Of a DNA stretch of 64,000 nt, positions 31,596-45,415 are shown in pieces. Position 1 is the first letter of the stretch; each line of letters starts with the position of its first letter. Under the pieces are notes generated by a model that saw nothing but the letters and a program-made list of their open reading frames with translations, was not told the DNA's origin and did not search any database. The translations under genes and the position numbers were made by a program. Source of the stretch: the human T2T-CHM13v2.0 reference genome, Homo sapiens; the NCBI RefSeq assembly GCF_009914755.1, contig NC_060925.1. One strand, 5' to 3'.

Positions 31596-31902
31596 TTCTT
31601 TTTTTTTTTTTTTTTTTTTTTTGAGATGGAGTCTTGCTCTGTCACCCGGGCTAGAGTGCAGTGGCTTGATCTCAGCTCACTGCAACCTCCGCCTCCCGGG
31701 TTCAAGCAATTCTCTGCCTCAGCCTCCCCAGTAGCTGGGATTACAGGTGCCCACCACCACGCTCAGCTAATTTTTGTATTTTTAGTAGAGACGGCGTTTC
31801 ACCATCTTGGCCAGGCTGGTCTTGAACTCCTGACCTCATGACTTCACACACCTCAGCCTCCCAAAGTGCTGGGATTACAGGCGTGAGCCACTGCGCCCAG
31901 CC
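31596..31902 (-). mobile_element. AluS inside L1
   Basis: TSD TGTTATTTTCCTTCT. Confidence 0.9.
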
Positions 31903-32282
31903 TGTTATTTTCCTTCTATACCCAATTTGTTGAGAGCTTTTATAATGTGAAGATGTTGAATTTTATCTGATGCTTTTCAATAATGCTTTTAATTTTAATA
32001 TGAAATTATTATATGGTTTTTGTCCTTGATTCTGTTGATGTAATGTATCATGTTTAATGATTTGTGTATGTTGAACCATCTTGGCATCCCTGGGATGAAT
32101 TCCACTTGGTTATGGTGAATGATCTTTTAAAAATGTCTTTGAATTCAGTTGATAGTATTTTGTTGTGGATTCTGCCTCTGTGTTCATCAGGGATATTGGC
32201 CTGTTGTTTTCTGTTTCTGTTATGTCCTTGTCCGGTTTTGGTATCAGGGTAATGCTGGCCTTGTAGAATGAGTTTAGAAGTG

Positions 32283-32583
32283 GGCCAGGCACGGTGGTGC
32301 GTGCCTGTAATCCCAGCACTTTGGGAGGTCGAGGTGGGCAGATTGCCTGAGCTCAGTTCAAGACCAGCCTAGACAACCTGGAGAAACCCCATCTCTATAG
32401 AAAGTAGAAAAATTAGCCAGGTGTAGTGGCATGTGCCTGTAGTCCCAGCTATTAAGGAGGCTGAGGTGGAAGGATTGCTTGAGCCTGGGAAGTAGAGGCT
32501 GCATTGAGCCATGAGTGCACAACTGCACCCCAGCCTGGGCGACAGAGTGAAACCCTGTCTCAAAAAAAAAAAAAAAAAAAAAA
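32283..32583 (+). mobile_element. AluJ-like inside L1
   Basis: dimer with poly(A). Confidence 0.88.
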
Positions 32584-33771
32584 TGTTCCCTCCTCTTCAA
32601 TTTTTTGAAATAGTTTGAGTAGAATTGGTATTAGTTTTTCTTTAAATGTTTGGTAGAATTCAGCAGTGAATGTATCAGGTCCTGGGCTTTTCTTTGATGG
32701 GCGACTTTTTATTACTGCTTTTATCTCATTACTTGTTATTGTTCTATTCAAGTTTTCTGTTTCTTCATGGTTCAATCTCAGTAGGTTGTGTGGGTCCAGG
32801 AATTTATCCATTTCTTCTAGTTTTTCCAATTTGTTGGTATGTAGTTGTTCATAACAGTCTGTAGTGATCCTTTGTATTTCTGTGGTATGAGTTGTAATGT
32901 TTCCTTTTTCATCTCATTTTATTTATTTGGATTCTCTCTCTTCTTAGTCATCTAAAGGTATTTGTTAATTTTGTTCATCTTTTCAAGAAATTAACTCTTT
33001 GTTTCATTTATCCTCTGTATTGTTTTATAGTCTCAATTTCATTTATTTTTGCTCTGATCTTTATTACTGCTTTCCTTCTAATAATATTGGGTTTGGCTGT
33101 TGCTATTCCAGTGTGGGAAAGGCAGTTCAAGACCAACTTGAACTTACCTTTTGTAGAGACAGGGTCCCACTATGTTGCTCAGGCTCACATTCTTATCAGC
33201 ACATGGAATTATCCAGAATACATAAATGTATTATGTATTATCCAGAATATGTAATATGTTAGGCCACAAAATAAGTCTCATCAAATTTTTAAAGGTAGAA
33301 ATCCTATCAAATATATTCTCAATGCAATTCTAAAAGCATCATTTTCAGTAATATGTCCAATAATATTTTCAATAATGCTTTTAACATGCACCTTTAGGTG
33401 CATTGTTTGTTTGAAATTTTTGTATTTTTTTGATGTAAGCAATTATTGCTATAAACTTTCCTCTTGGTACTGCATTCACAGTAGCCCGTAGGTTTTGTTA
33501 TGTTGTATATCCATTTTTATTTGTTTCAAGACATTAAAATTTTTTTTAAAATTTCTTCACTCACCCTTTGTTCATTCAGGTGCATTTGTTTACATTTTAT
33601 GTATTTATATAATTTCTAAAGTTCCTCTTATTATTGATTTCTATTTTTATTCCATAGTGGTTAGATAATATATTTGATAGGATTTCTACCTTTAAAATTT
33701 GATGAGACTTATTTTGTGGCCTAACATATTTATGTATTCTGGATAATATTCCATGTGCAGATAAGAATGTG

Positions 33772-34003
<232 letters not shown>

Positions 34004-35649
34004 AGAATATGTATTCAGTAACAGTGGGTGAAATGTTCTGTAAATGTCAGTCACAAAATGCCTCCTTGGCCTAGTTTGTAGTTGAACTCTGATGTTTCTT
34101 TGTTGATTTTTTTAATCTGGACAATCTGTTCATTACTGAGAGTGGGGTATTGAAGTCCCTGTCGTTTTATTGCAACCACCTATTTGTCCCTTGAGATCTA
34201 TTAATGTTTGCTTTATATACTCGGGAGCTTTATATGCCTGGGTGCATAGATATTTATAATTTTTATATCCTCTTGCTAGCGTGACACATTTATCATTAAA
34301 TACTGGCCTTCTTTGTCTCTTTCTACTGTCTTTGATCTGTAGTCTGTTTTGTCTAAGTATAGCTATTTCTGCTATACTTTTGATTTCCATTTGAATGGAA
34401 CATCTTTTTACATTATTTTACTTTCAGTCTATGTGTGTCTTTATGAAGTGAATTTCTTTTAGGAAGCATATAGTTGGATTTGTTTTTTAATCCATTCACC
34501 CACTCTATGTGTTTTAAATGGAAAATTTAGTCCAGTTACATTCAATGTTATTATTAATAGGTAAGGATCTGTGCCTTTCTGTTACTTGTTTCTTAGTTGT
34601 TTTGTAACTCCTCCCTTTCTTTCCCACTTACTGTCTTTCATTGTGGTTAAATGATTTTTTCTGGTAGTATGATTAATTGGTTGCTGTTTATTTTTAGTGT
34701 ATCTCTCACAGGTTTTTGCTTTGTGGTGAGACTTATAGAAAACATCCTATTGTTATAACAAGCTATCAAAAACTGATATCAACTGTGATAGCAAAAACAA
34801 AAAAAAGTAAAAACTTGTATACTTTAATCTCCTTCTCCTTCCACATTTTGAATTTTTGGTGTTCCAATTAAATTGTTATATTGCCTATCTCTGAATAAAT
34901 TGTTGTAATTATTATTTTTAATAATTTTGCCTTTTAGTCTTACTAAAGATATAAGTGGTTTACACACCATGATTTCAGTGTTGGTGTAACAGTCACATTA
35001 GTGGCGGTTTTTCTTTTAAGTTTGAAGTATTCCCTTTAGCATTTCTTGTAGGACAGGTCTAGTAGCGACAAATTTCCTCAGCTTTTCTTTGGGAAAGTGT
35101 CTCTTCTTCATTTCTGAAGGATAACTCTGCTTGGCACGGTATTCATGATTGACAGGTTTTTTTTGTTCAACACTGAGTATGTCATCTTACTCCCTCCTGG
35201 TCTGTAAATTTCTGCTGAGGTGTCTGCTACCAGGCATACTGGATCTTCCTTATATATTATTTGCTTCTTTTCTCTCACTGCTTTCAGGATCCTGTGTTTG
35301 TCTTTGATCTTTGAGAGTTTCATTATAATATGTCTTAGGGTGTTATTATTTGGGTTTAATCTGGTTAGCGATCTTTGACCTCTTTATACCTGCATACTTA
35401 TATCTTTCCTCAGGTTTGGAAATTTTTCTTTTGTTTCTTTAAAAAAGCTTTCTACCCCTTTGTCTTTCTCAGTTCCCTTTTTAACTCCAATAATTCAAAG
35501 ATTTGCTCTTTTGATGTTGTCCCAAAGATCCCATAAGCTTTGTTTATTCCTTTTTATTCCTTTTTTCCTCCTCTCACTGTGTAGTCTATTTATCTATCTA
35601 TCTGTCTGTCTATCTATCTATCTATCTATCAAACTAATTAACTAACTAA

Positions 35650-35924
35650 CATGGGGTCTTTGTTACCCAGAGGTGGAGTGCAGTGGCACAATCATAGCTC
35701 AATGTAGCCTTGACCACCTGGGCTCAAAGAATCCTCCCACTTCCGCATTGTGAGTAGCTGGGATTACAGGTGCATGCTGCCACACCTGGCTAATTAAAAA
35801 AAAATTTATTTTAAGTGATGGAGTTTCACTATGTGACTCAGTCTGGTCTCAAACTCCTGGGCTCAAGTGATCCTCTCAGCCTACTGAGTATCTGGGATTA
35901 CAGGTGTGAGCCACCATCCTCAGT
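35650..35924 (-). mobile_element. AluJ-like with (TATC)n-derived tail
   Basis: diverged dimer; tetranucleotide repeat at about 35585-35630. Confidence 0.82.
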
Positions 35925-37730
35925 TCTGATTATATATTTTCAAATAGTCCATCTTCAAGCTCACTGATTCTATTTGACCCATTCTGCTGTTGATGCTCTT
36001 TATTTCATTTTTCACTTCATTTATTGTATTTTTCAGCTCCAAAATTTTTGTTTGATTTTTTAAAAATTATTTTATTCTCTGTTAAGTTTTTTTGATAAAT
36101 TTCTCAATTGATTCCCTGCGTCGTCTTAGAGTTTGTTGAACTTCCTTAAAATACCTATTTTCAGTTCTTTGAGAGATCACACATCTCCATCACTTCAGGG
36201 TTACTCTCTGGTGCCTAATATTGTTCATTTGGTAAGGTTGTATTTCTTTCAATGTTCTTGATACTTGTAGATATGCAACGACATCTGCATATTCAGGGAC
36301 TGGGTATTTATTTTAGTCTTTGCAGTCTGGCTTAGTTTGTGCTTGTCCTTTTTGGGAGGCCCTTCCAGGAATTTAAGCAAACTGGCTTTTGTGTTCCCTG
36401 AGGCTGTGATCACTGCAGCTGTTGAACACTAGAGAATAATCTACATCCAGGCTTGCTGCAGGTCTTACAAGGGCTTCAAGGTTGACATGGCTTTCTGGCC
36501 CACATGGACCTGGGAAGGGGTCAAGTTGCGTACTAAGGCTGTGGGAATGCTTGCCAGGGACCCAGGTCCAGAAGGCTGTCCTGGTGGCCCAGATGGGCAT
36601 GTTTCCCAGCAAATCTTTTGACAGGTGAGATGAGTCTCTAGTTGCAATGAGAGGGGCTGGAGTTGAGACTGGCCCTCTTGGGATATATTGTGGAATGGAG
36701 GCTGAAGAGCCCAGTCTCAGCTTAGAGGGGCACACATAGCCCAGCAAGCTCCTTCACAGGATATTTCCCCAACGACAGTGTGAGGAGCTAGAGTTGAGAC
36801 TGGGCCCCCTTGGCATCTGCTGTGGGATGGAGGCTGGAGAACCTATCTTGTTGGCCCAGACAGGGCCAGCAGGTCTCAGCTCAGATGGAATAGTTCCCTG
36901 TCTGCAGTGGGAGGTGCTGGAGCTGAGATTTAACCCCTTTAGCATCTGCTGTGGGACAGAGGCTGGAGAGCCTATCTCATTATTTCAGAGGTGCATGTGT
37001 CTCCCAGCAAGTCCCTGCACAGACAGGATAGTTCCCTGATTGCAGCAGGAGAGTCGGGGCTGAGACTGGGTCCCCTTGGGATCTGCTCTGGGACAGAGGT
37101 TGGCAAGCCTTTCAAGGAGGCTTAGACTCCTAGGCAGCAGGATAAGGACAGGTCTCCCTTTGGGTCTGTGTGTGAGTAGCTCTGAGCTGGGACCTTTGCT
37201 GAGGGGAGTTGGAGCAGAGTCACCAGGCAATTTTCCGGTCCACTGCTGAGACTGATGTCAGCAGGGAGAGAGCCTTTCCACTAAGGCACTAGTATGCATG
37301 ATTCCTTATGGACCCCTTTTCAGATGGTTGTGCTTGTAGGCTCAAGGCCAAATGGGGCTGTAGCCAAGTCCCTTGGGGACGTGGGCTGTTTCCAGGCTTG
37401 AACCCAGAAGCAAGCTTGGCATATCAGCCACCTGGGTTTCTGTCTGTGCTCTCAAAATAACACTCCCACATCTTCGTCTCTACCAGGATTTCACAAACTC
37501 CTACCTGAATCCTGAGGCTCCTGCAAAGAGGCTTTTGACTATAGAAAGGTGCAGGATTCTTTTTTTATTTTATTTTATTTTAAATTAACAGTGTTTATTT
37601 ACCTCTAAGTATTGTTGAGAGACTGGGGTGAAGACACAATTTTCATTTTGTAATTTACAGACTTCTATAAGCTAAAACAAAAACAAAAAAGTCTTCTCTA
37701 TTTAATATAATGGTAGAATACAACTTCTAC

Positions 37731-37824
37731 TTTTATTTATTTTAATTTTTTAAATTTCAATCGCTTTTGGGGTACAAGTAGTTTTGGTTACATAGATACA
37801 TTTTATAGTGGTGAAGTCTGAGAG
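37731..37824 (-). mobile_element. L1PB 3' terminus (part of a transduction insertion)
   Basis: tttcaatcgcttttggggtacaag...tagtggtgaagtctgag matches the recalled L1PB 3' end. Confidence 0.75.
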
Positions 37825-38059
37825 GGTGCAGGATTCCTGTTGTTGTGGGGGAATATGAGTGGGTTACCCTCTATTCTGCCTTTCTGGTAATGTCCAAGAA
37901 CAAGAATTTTTGTGCTTATTTCCAGGATACGATTGCCTTAACCTATTTATATTTTGCTTTTAGATATGAGTGTTTAAAGCTTGACTTACTTGGAACACAG
38001 CATTGATTAAATTACATTTCATTAATTTTACTGATACTGCTTATCTGTTTAAAATTCAG

Positions 38060-38203
38060 ATAGAAAGTCTGAATGACAAATTACAAAATGCTAAAGAACA
38101 GCTTCGAGAAAAAGAGTTTATAATGCTACAAAATGAACAGGAGATAAGTCAACTGAAAAAAGAAATTGAAAGAACACAACAAAGGATGAAAGAAATGGAG
38201 AGT
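38060..38203 (+). CDS. CCDC18: CCDC18 exon (IESLNDKL...KEMES)
   Basis: tcag acceptor, gtaagc donor; 144 nt; ORF 38003..38254. Confidence 0.92.
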
Positions 38204-38379
38204 GTAAGCAAATTATTTCCACCTAAGGAACAAGTGGTAGTCTCTGTTGAGTGAAATGAATCTTTATGTTTTAAACTGGTTGGTTTTAATATACAGAAAC
38301 TGTGCCATAACTGTTTTTAGGCTAGTTTTTTGTGCCAGAAACCTGTTAGTTTCTTTGACCTTTTAAAATATTTTTCTGA

Positions 38380-38841
<462 letters not shown>

Positions 38842-39038
38842 GAAGAGTCAGCTATTAATAAGATACAGTGTTTTGTCTGTTAGGAACTCCATCAAAAGAA
38901 TGGATAAATAAATAATTGTACATTGAGACCAAGTGCACTGAGTTGCCAGATGAAGTTTGATGACTTCATATCATCAGTATGCATGTGTGTTGACTGGTGA
39001 ATTCATTCCTCCACTTGCTCTTTTAAAAAGTGAATTTA

Positions 39039-39424
<386 letters not shown>

Positions 39425-39925
39425 TTATTAGAAATTTAATTGAGTAATATAAAACCATTTCAGTGGGAGTAGCAGCCCCAGTGACAAGTTTTACTTTCAC
39501 AGAGAGTAAGACCTTAACCCAGCTGTGTGGATTAAATGGTGGATTTTAATTATCTATACCAATATATTCTCTGTCTTTGACATAGATAATCAAATGTTAA
39601 CTTCTCTTTTCTCTTTATGTTTTCTGTCATAAATGTTACATTTAAAATGATAAAAGATTATATGGCTTGTGTATGTTACAGTGATGTAATATATATCAAT
39701 AAGAGTCCCAATTATGGTATTTTTGTCATTTTCTCATTAGATTTTTTTCTTGAATATCAGTTTCACAGTGGGTGATACTCATTGTATGTTAAATTTTAAC
39801 ATACTCATTGTATGTTAAAGGATTTAGTTGGAAGGTGGAAATTTACGTATTAAGCAAAATCAGAATAAGAAATAGGTTATCTATATATTTCATTCTGAAA
39901 CCTACAAATACCTTATGCTTTTCAG

Positions 39926-40129
39926 GTTATGAAAGAGCAAGAACAGTACATTGCCACTCAGTACAAGGAGGCCATAGATTTGGGGCAAGAATTGAGGCTG
40001 ACCCGGGAGCAGGTGCAGAACTCTCATACAGAATTGGCAGAGGCTCGTCATCAGCAAGTCCAAGCACAGAGAGAAATAGAAAGGCTCTCTAGTGAACTGG
40101 AGGATATGAAGCAACTCTCTAAAGAGAAA
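39926..40129 (+). CDS. CCDC18: CCDC18 exon (VMKEQEQY...LSKEK)
   Basis: tcag acceptor, gtaatc donor; 204 nt; ORF 39929..40180. Confidence 0.92.
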
Positions 40130-40521
40130 GTAATCCCTATTTTAAATAATCTTATGTATCTGAAATCTTACAAATATTAGCATTTTTTTTGAACTGTAGA
40201 ATATAGTTCTTTCAAAAATGAACTGTATTGCACAACAGTGTGAATGTACTTAATCCCACCGAATTATACACTTAAAAATGGTTAAAATGGTCAATTTTGT
40301 GTGTATTTTACCACAATTTTAGAAAATAATGAACTGTGTTATATATAGATAACTTTGTAATATAACCAGGAAGTCCTTCAGAACTGAGTTTTGGCTAAAC
40401 TAGTTCTCAAATTGAGTTATAAAGCACTTTTAGACTTTTAAGTGAGTTCGAGCTCTTACTTGAAGAAAAAATAAAGCTAATCTTTTTTGAGTAAAAATTT
40501 TTACATTTGTAGTGACTCTTA

Positions 40522-40909
<388 letters not shown>

Positions 40910-42339
40910 TCAAAACCCTTGGTTGATAAAGTAACTTGGAGGTAAAGTGCTTTTAAAAAGCAAAAATACTAATATAAATTTTATTTTTCCAGTATTTGGT
41001 AGGAAGTTAACTACTTGGCTTAAAAATATTTACATTGGTATACTTGGGTTAATTATTTAGACTTTAAGAAAAATGTGTTTATTGATGTTGCAAAAAAAAA
41101 AAATTCAGCTTTCCATTGTGGTTTCCATGGTTTAATTCAATTCCATAGGAACTGAATTAAAATATTTTTACCTTTAATTTTGGTTAAGCCTACCTATGTT
41201 GTTATTCACATTTCTGGATGGTTAGACCAGTAAAGCATACATAGAGAATGTTTATTAGAGATATATTATACATTTGGGGTTCTAGGAAAAGGAAAGCTAT
41301 CTACTTTTATCTCATTTCTGCCTTTATCAATAGTGTCAAAGTATAGTACAATTGGTTTTTATTTGATAAGCTAAGCTCACTTTAAAAAGTGAATTAAAGT
41401 TAGGAATTTTTTAATTGACAGTGTTTTAAATACTTATTTTAACCCAAAACTAAATATATATTGATATGTTTTTCCTTTGATGTAGGGCCAAACCTTGGTT
41501 CTTTTTGTATGAGTCATTTGATTAGAATTCTACCTAGTCTTTCTCACATAACTAGACTCCTACCTGGTCTTTCACCACACTATATTCCATCATCTATAGT
41601 TTCCAATTCTGCTTTCTTTAAAGTGGAGGAAGAATTAATTAAAAGACATTAATTAAAATTAAAATAATTAAATTAATTAAAATTAAATTAATAAAAATTA
41701 ATTAATAATAATTAATTAAAAGACATTTGTAAGTGAACCATGTTATATTTTTATGGGACCTCCTACCATATTTTATAACAATTTTGAGTGTTTCTAATTG
41801 GATAGCAAAATGTTCATGACTTACTTATTAAGCTGGTTCAAAACATATAACTTAGTTTTTGGATAAAAACTTTGCATTTGCTTATTTCATCATGTTCATA
41901 ATCTATAATAAAATTACACAATTAAAATTACAAGCACAGTTAGCTAAATTAGCATAAATAAGTTTGAATAAAAACACAACTGACTCTTGATAAACAGACA
42001 ATATATATAGTGAGCAAAAATATACAGGCATACCTAGCAGTAGACTGTTATCTGCCAGAGTTCAGTGTCCTGAGGTTATTATTAATAGTTCATTTTATAG
42101 AAAGCATTGGTTAGTGAACATCTATTTTATGATGACAGCAAACAATTATATTAATACTCTCCCATTAATAGTCTCTGAAATGTCTAGATTTTAAAGCATA
42201 CTATTTAGTAAGTTAACTTTGTGTCTGTGTTTATATAATATAAAAAATTAAACTACTTCCAATAATGCACTGGATTAGTTTAGCTATAATAACCAAATAA
42301 ACAAGTTTTATAGCTTTTACTCAATATGTCATTTTTAAG

Positions 42340-42477
42340 GATGCTCATGGAAACCATTTAGCTGAAGAACTGGGGGCTTCTAAAGTACGTGAAGCTCATT
42401 TAGAAGCAAGAATGCAAGCAGAAATCAAGAAATTGTCAGCAGAAGTAGAATCTCTCAAAGAAGCTTATCATATGGAG
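42340..42477 (+). CDS. CCDC18: CCDC18 exon (DAHGNHLA...AYHME)
   Basis: taag acceptor, gtaaag donor; 138 nt. Confidence 0.92.
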
Positions 42478-42629
42478 GTAAAGAAAAATTTAATTTGTTT
42501 TGTTAGTGCCCACTAAAGTAGGTTGACCTATCTGGACAAAAGTATGAGTCCAGCTCTTAAGTGTTCATTATTGAATAATACATTGTGGTCTTCATTTCTG
42601 GTAGCCTAAACATACAGCTTTCACTTTAA

Positions 42630-42810
42630 TATACTGTGGGGTTAAGAGCTTGAATTCCTGAGCCAGGCAACCTGGTTCTAAACCCTAGCTCACCACGGAG
42701 CCACCTGTATCACCTTGGGTAAGTTACTTAACCTGTGTCTAAAATGGATATAATAATAGTATCTACCTCATAGAACTGTGGTGAATATTAAATGAATTAA
42801 TATATAATAT
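42630..42810 (+). mobile_element. MIR
   Basis: accttgggtaagttacttaacct...atagtatctacctcatag. Confidence 0.65.
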
Positions 42811-43617
42811 AAAATAGCATTTGTAAAAGATTAACTGGAAATATTTAATAACTGATATAAACCGTTTCATGTGATGTAAATCTATAATGCTTTGCAATTT
42901 TCAGCATTTCTTCTTATAATAACTTAGCTAGAGAGATAATACTAGAGCCTTTTTATCTGTCAGCATGTCTTGAGCCTTCACAGAAATGGGCAGTATTATT
43001 GACTAGAATAGCATTTTTCATCTTTTTAAAAACTACATTTAAAGATATTACCCAAAATCTCTGTATATGATTTAAATAAATTACTTACGTTTAGTGCTAA
43101 TAAAGCGTTTTTTCTAATACGGCAAGGGTTGCAAATATTTATGTTAAACTCCATTCAAGGGAGTTTGGTGACATTTTTGTGAGTGATTGGTAGGGCTTGT
43201 GGGGACCATGTCTTGCTTAAATACATTTAGAATCATATCTCTTTGAAAGCATTGTGCCTGCCAAACAAAACATATTTACAAGCTGAATCTAATCCTAAGG
43301 CTAAGAATTTGCAACCTTTGATCTTTAGCGACAAACCTGAATGAATGCTGTTGGACTCAGCATAATTATATAATTGTTATTAACAGCTCAGCTTAGTAAC
43401 TATCAGTAATAATTAGGCGCTTTCAAGTGTTTGCCCTTAACTACTCATTACACTTTCATTATATGGCCTCTGTTCTGTTTTTAAGTATAATTATCCAATT
43501 GTTTCTTTTAGTTTTATAAGCCACCTGAAATTATAAATAGATTGTACATAAAATAAATTGTAAAATTAGTTCAGTATTGCTATCTTTTTAAAAAAGTGAT
43601 GGGGTCTGTGTTGCTCA

Positions 43618-43986
<369 letters not shown>

Positions 43987-44196
43987 AGTACATGCTGCTG
44001 CATTTTAATATTTAATATTACTATTTAATATTTGATACTAATATTTTGTCTATAATATTGAAGTATATATTTTTACCTGTTTGGAAGTTGATAAAAATTT
44101 ACTTTTAAAATATATATGTTGTTTGAATATAAAAATGAGAGGATATGGTATTAAAGTAATAGAGAGCTAGAAAAGAGGATCAATAATTTTTAACAG

Positions 44197-44769
44197 TTTT
44201 TTTTATTATACTTTCTTTTTTTTTTAATACATTAAGTTCTGGGGTACGTGTGCAGAACATGCAGTTTTGTTACATAGGTATACACATGCCATGGTGGTTT
44301 GCTGTACCCATCAACCTGTCACCTACATTAGGTATTTCTCCTAATGTTATCCCTCCTCTAATCCCCCACCACCCAACAGGCCCCGATGTGTGATGTTCCC
44401 CTCCCTAGGTCTATGTGTTCTCATTGTTTAACTCCCACTTATGAGTGAGAACATGCGGTGTTTGGTTTTCTGTTCTTGTGATAATTTGCTGAGAATGATG
44501 GTTTCCAGCTTCATCCATGTCCCTGCAAAGGACGTGAACTCATCCTTTTTTATGGCTGCATAGTATTCCATGGTGTATATGTGCCACATTTTCTTTATCC
44601 AGTCTATTATTGATGGACATTTGGGTTGGTTCCAAGTCTTTGTTATTGTGAATAGTGCTGCAATAAACATACATGTGCATGTGTCTTTATAGTAGAATGA
44701 TTTATAATCCTTTGGGTATATACCCAGTAATGGGATGGCTGGGTCAAATGGTATTTCCAGTTCGAGATC
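44197..44769 (-). mobile_element. L1PA 5'-truncated 3' end
   Basis: ORF 44428..44799 is the ORF2 C-terminus; TSD core AACAGT. Confidence 0.92.
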
Positions 44770-45177
44770 AACAGTATTTTTTAATATATAGGTTTCCAAA
44801 TTGTCAGAAAATCACTTAATAATAAATGTAAAACTCCTGACTTATTGGAGGAGAATGAGATTGTTTTAACCTTTAATTGTGAAAAATTTAAATATATTTA
44901 AAAATAGAATAGTATAAATAGTATATACATCCTCATATTTATTTTTGAACGTTAATAATTTTCAATGCATAGCCAATTTATTTCATCCATAAATACATTG
45001 ACCATTTTCTTTATCTAAAAGAGAATACTTTTGAGAATGAAAAGGAATGCTATAGTAATTACATGAGGGTACCAGGCATAAAACCTAGACAGTCCTAAGC
45101 ATTCTCGGAAGTGTGTCAACATACCTTTAACCTTTGAAAGCACAGTGCTTTCAAAGAGATATGATTCTAAATGTATT

Positions 45178-45246
45178 TAAGCAAGACATGGTCCCCACAA
45201 GCCCCACCAATCTAAGCAAGACATGGTCCCCCAAGCCACATCAATC
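45178..45246. repeat. About 35-bp tandem duplication
   Basis: taagcaagacatggtcccc...caagcc...caatc occurs twice. Confidence 0.85.
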
Positions 45247-45415
45247 ACCCACAAAAATGTTACCAAACTCCCTTGAATGGAGTTTAACATAAATGTTAAA
45301 CCCATTCCCAACCCATCCCCCATATTCACATATTATTTGAAGCAAATTTTAGACATAATTATTTCATCTGTAAATAATTATGTAGACATAATTATTCTAT
45401 ATTCAATAAGTATCT

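Noticed and set aside
40130-40138. Donor gtaatccct as a U12-type site
   Set aside because: Does not match GTATCCTT, and there is no U12 branch motif before 42340
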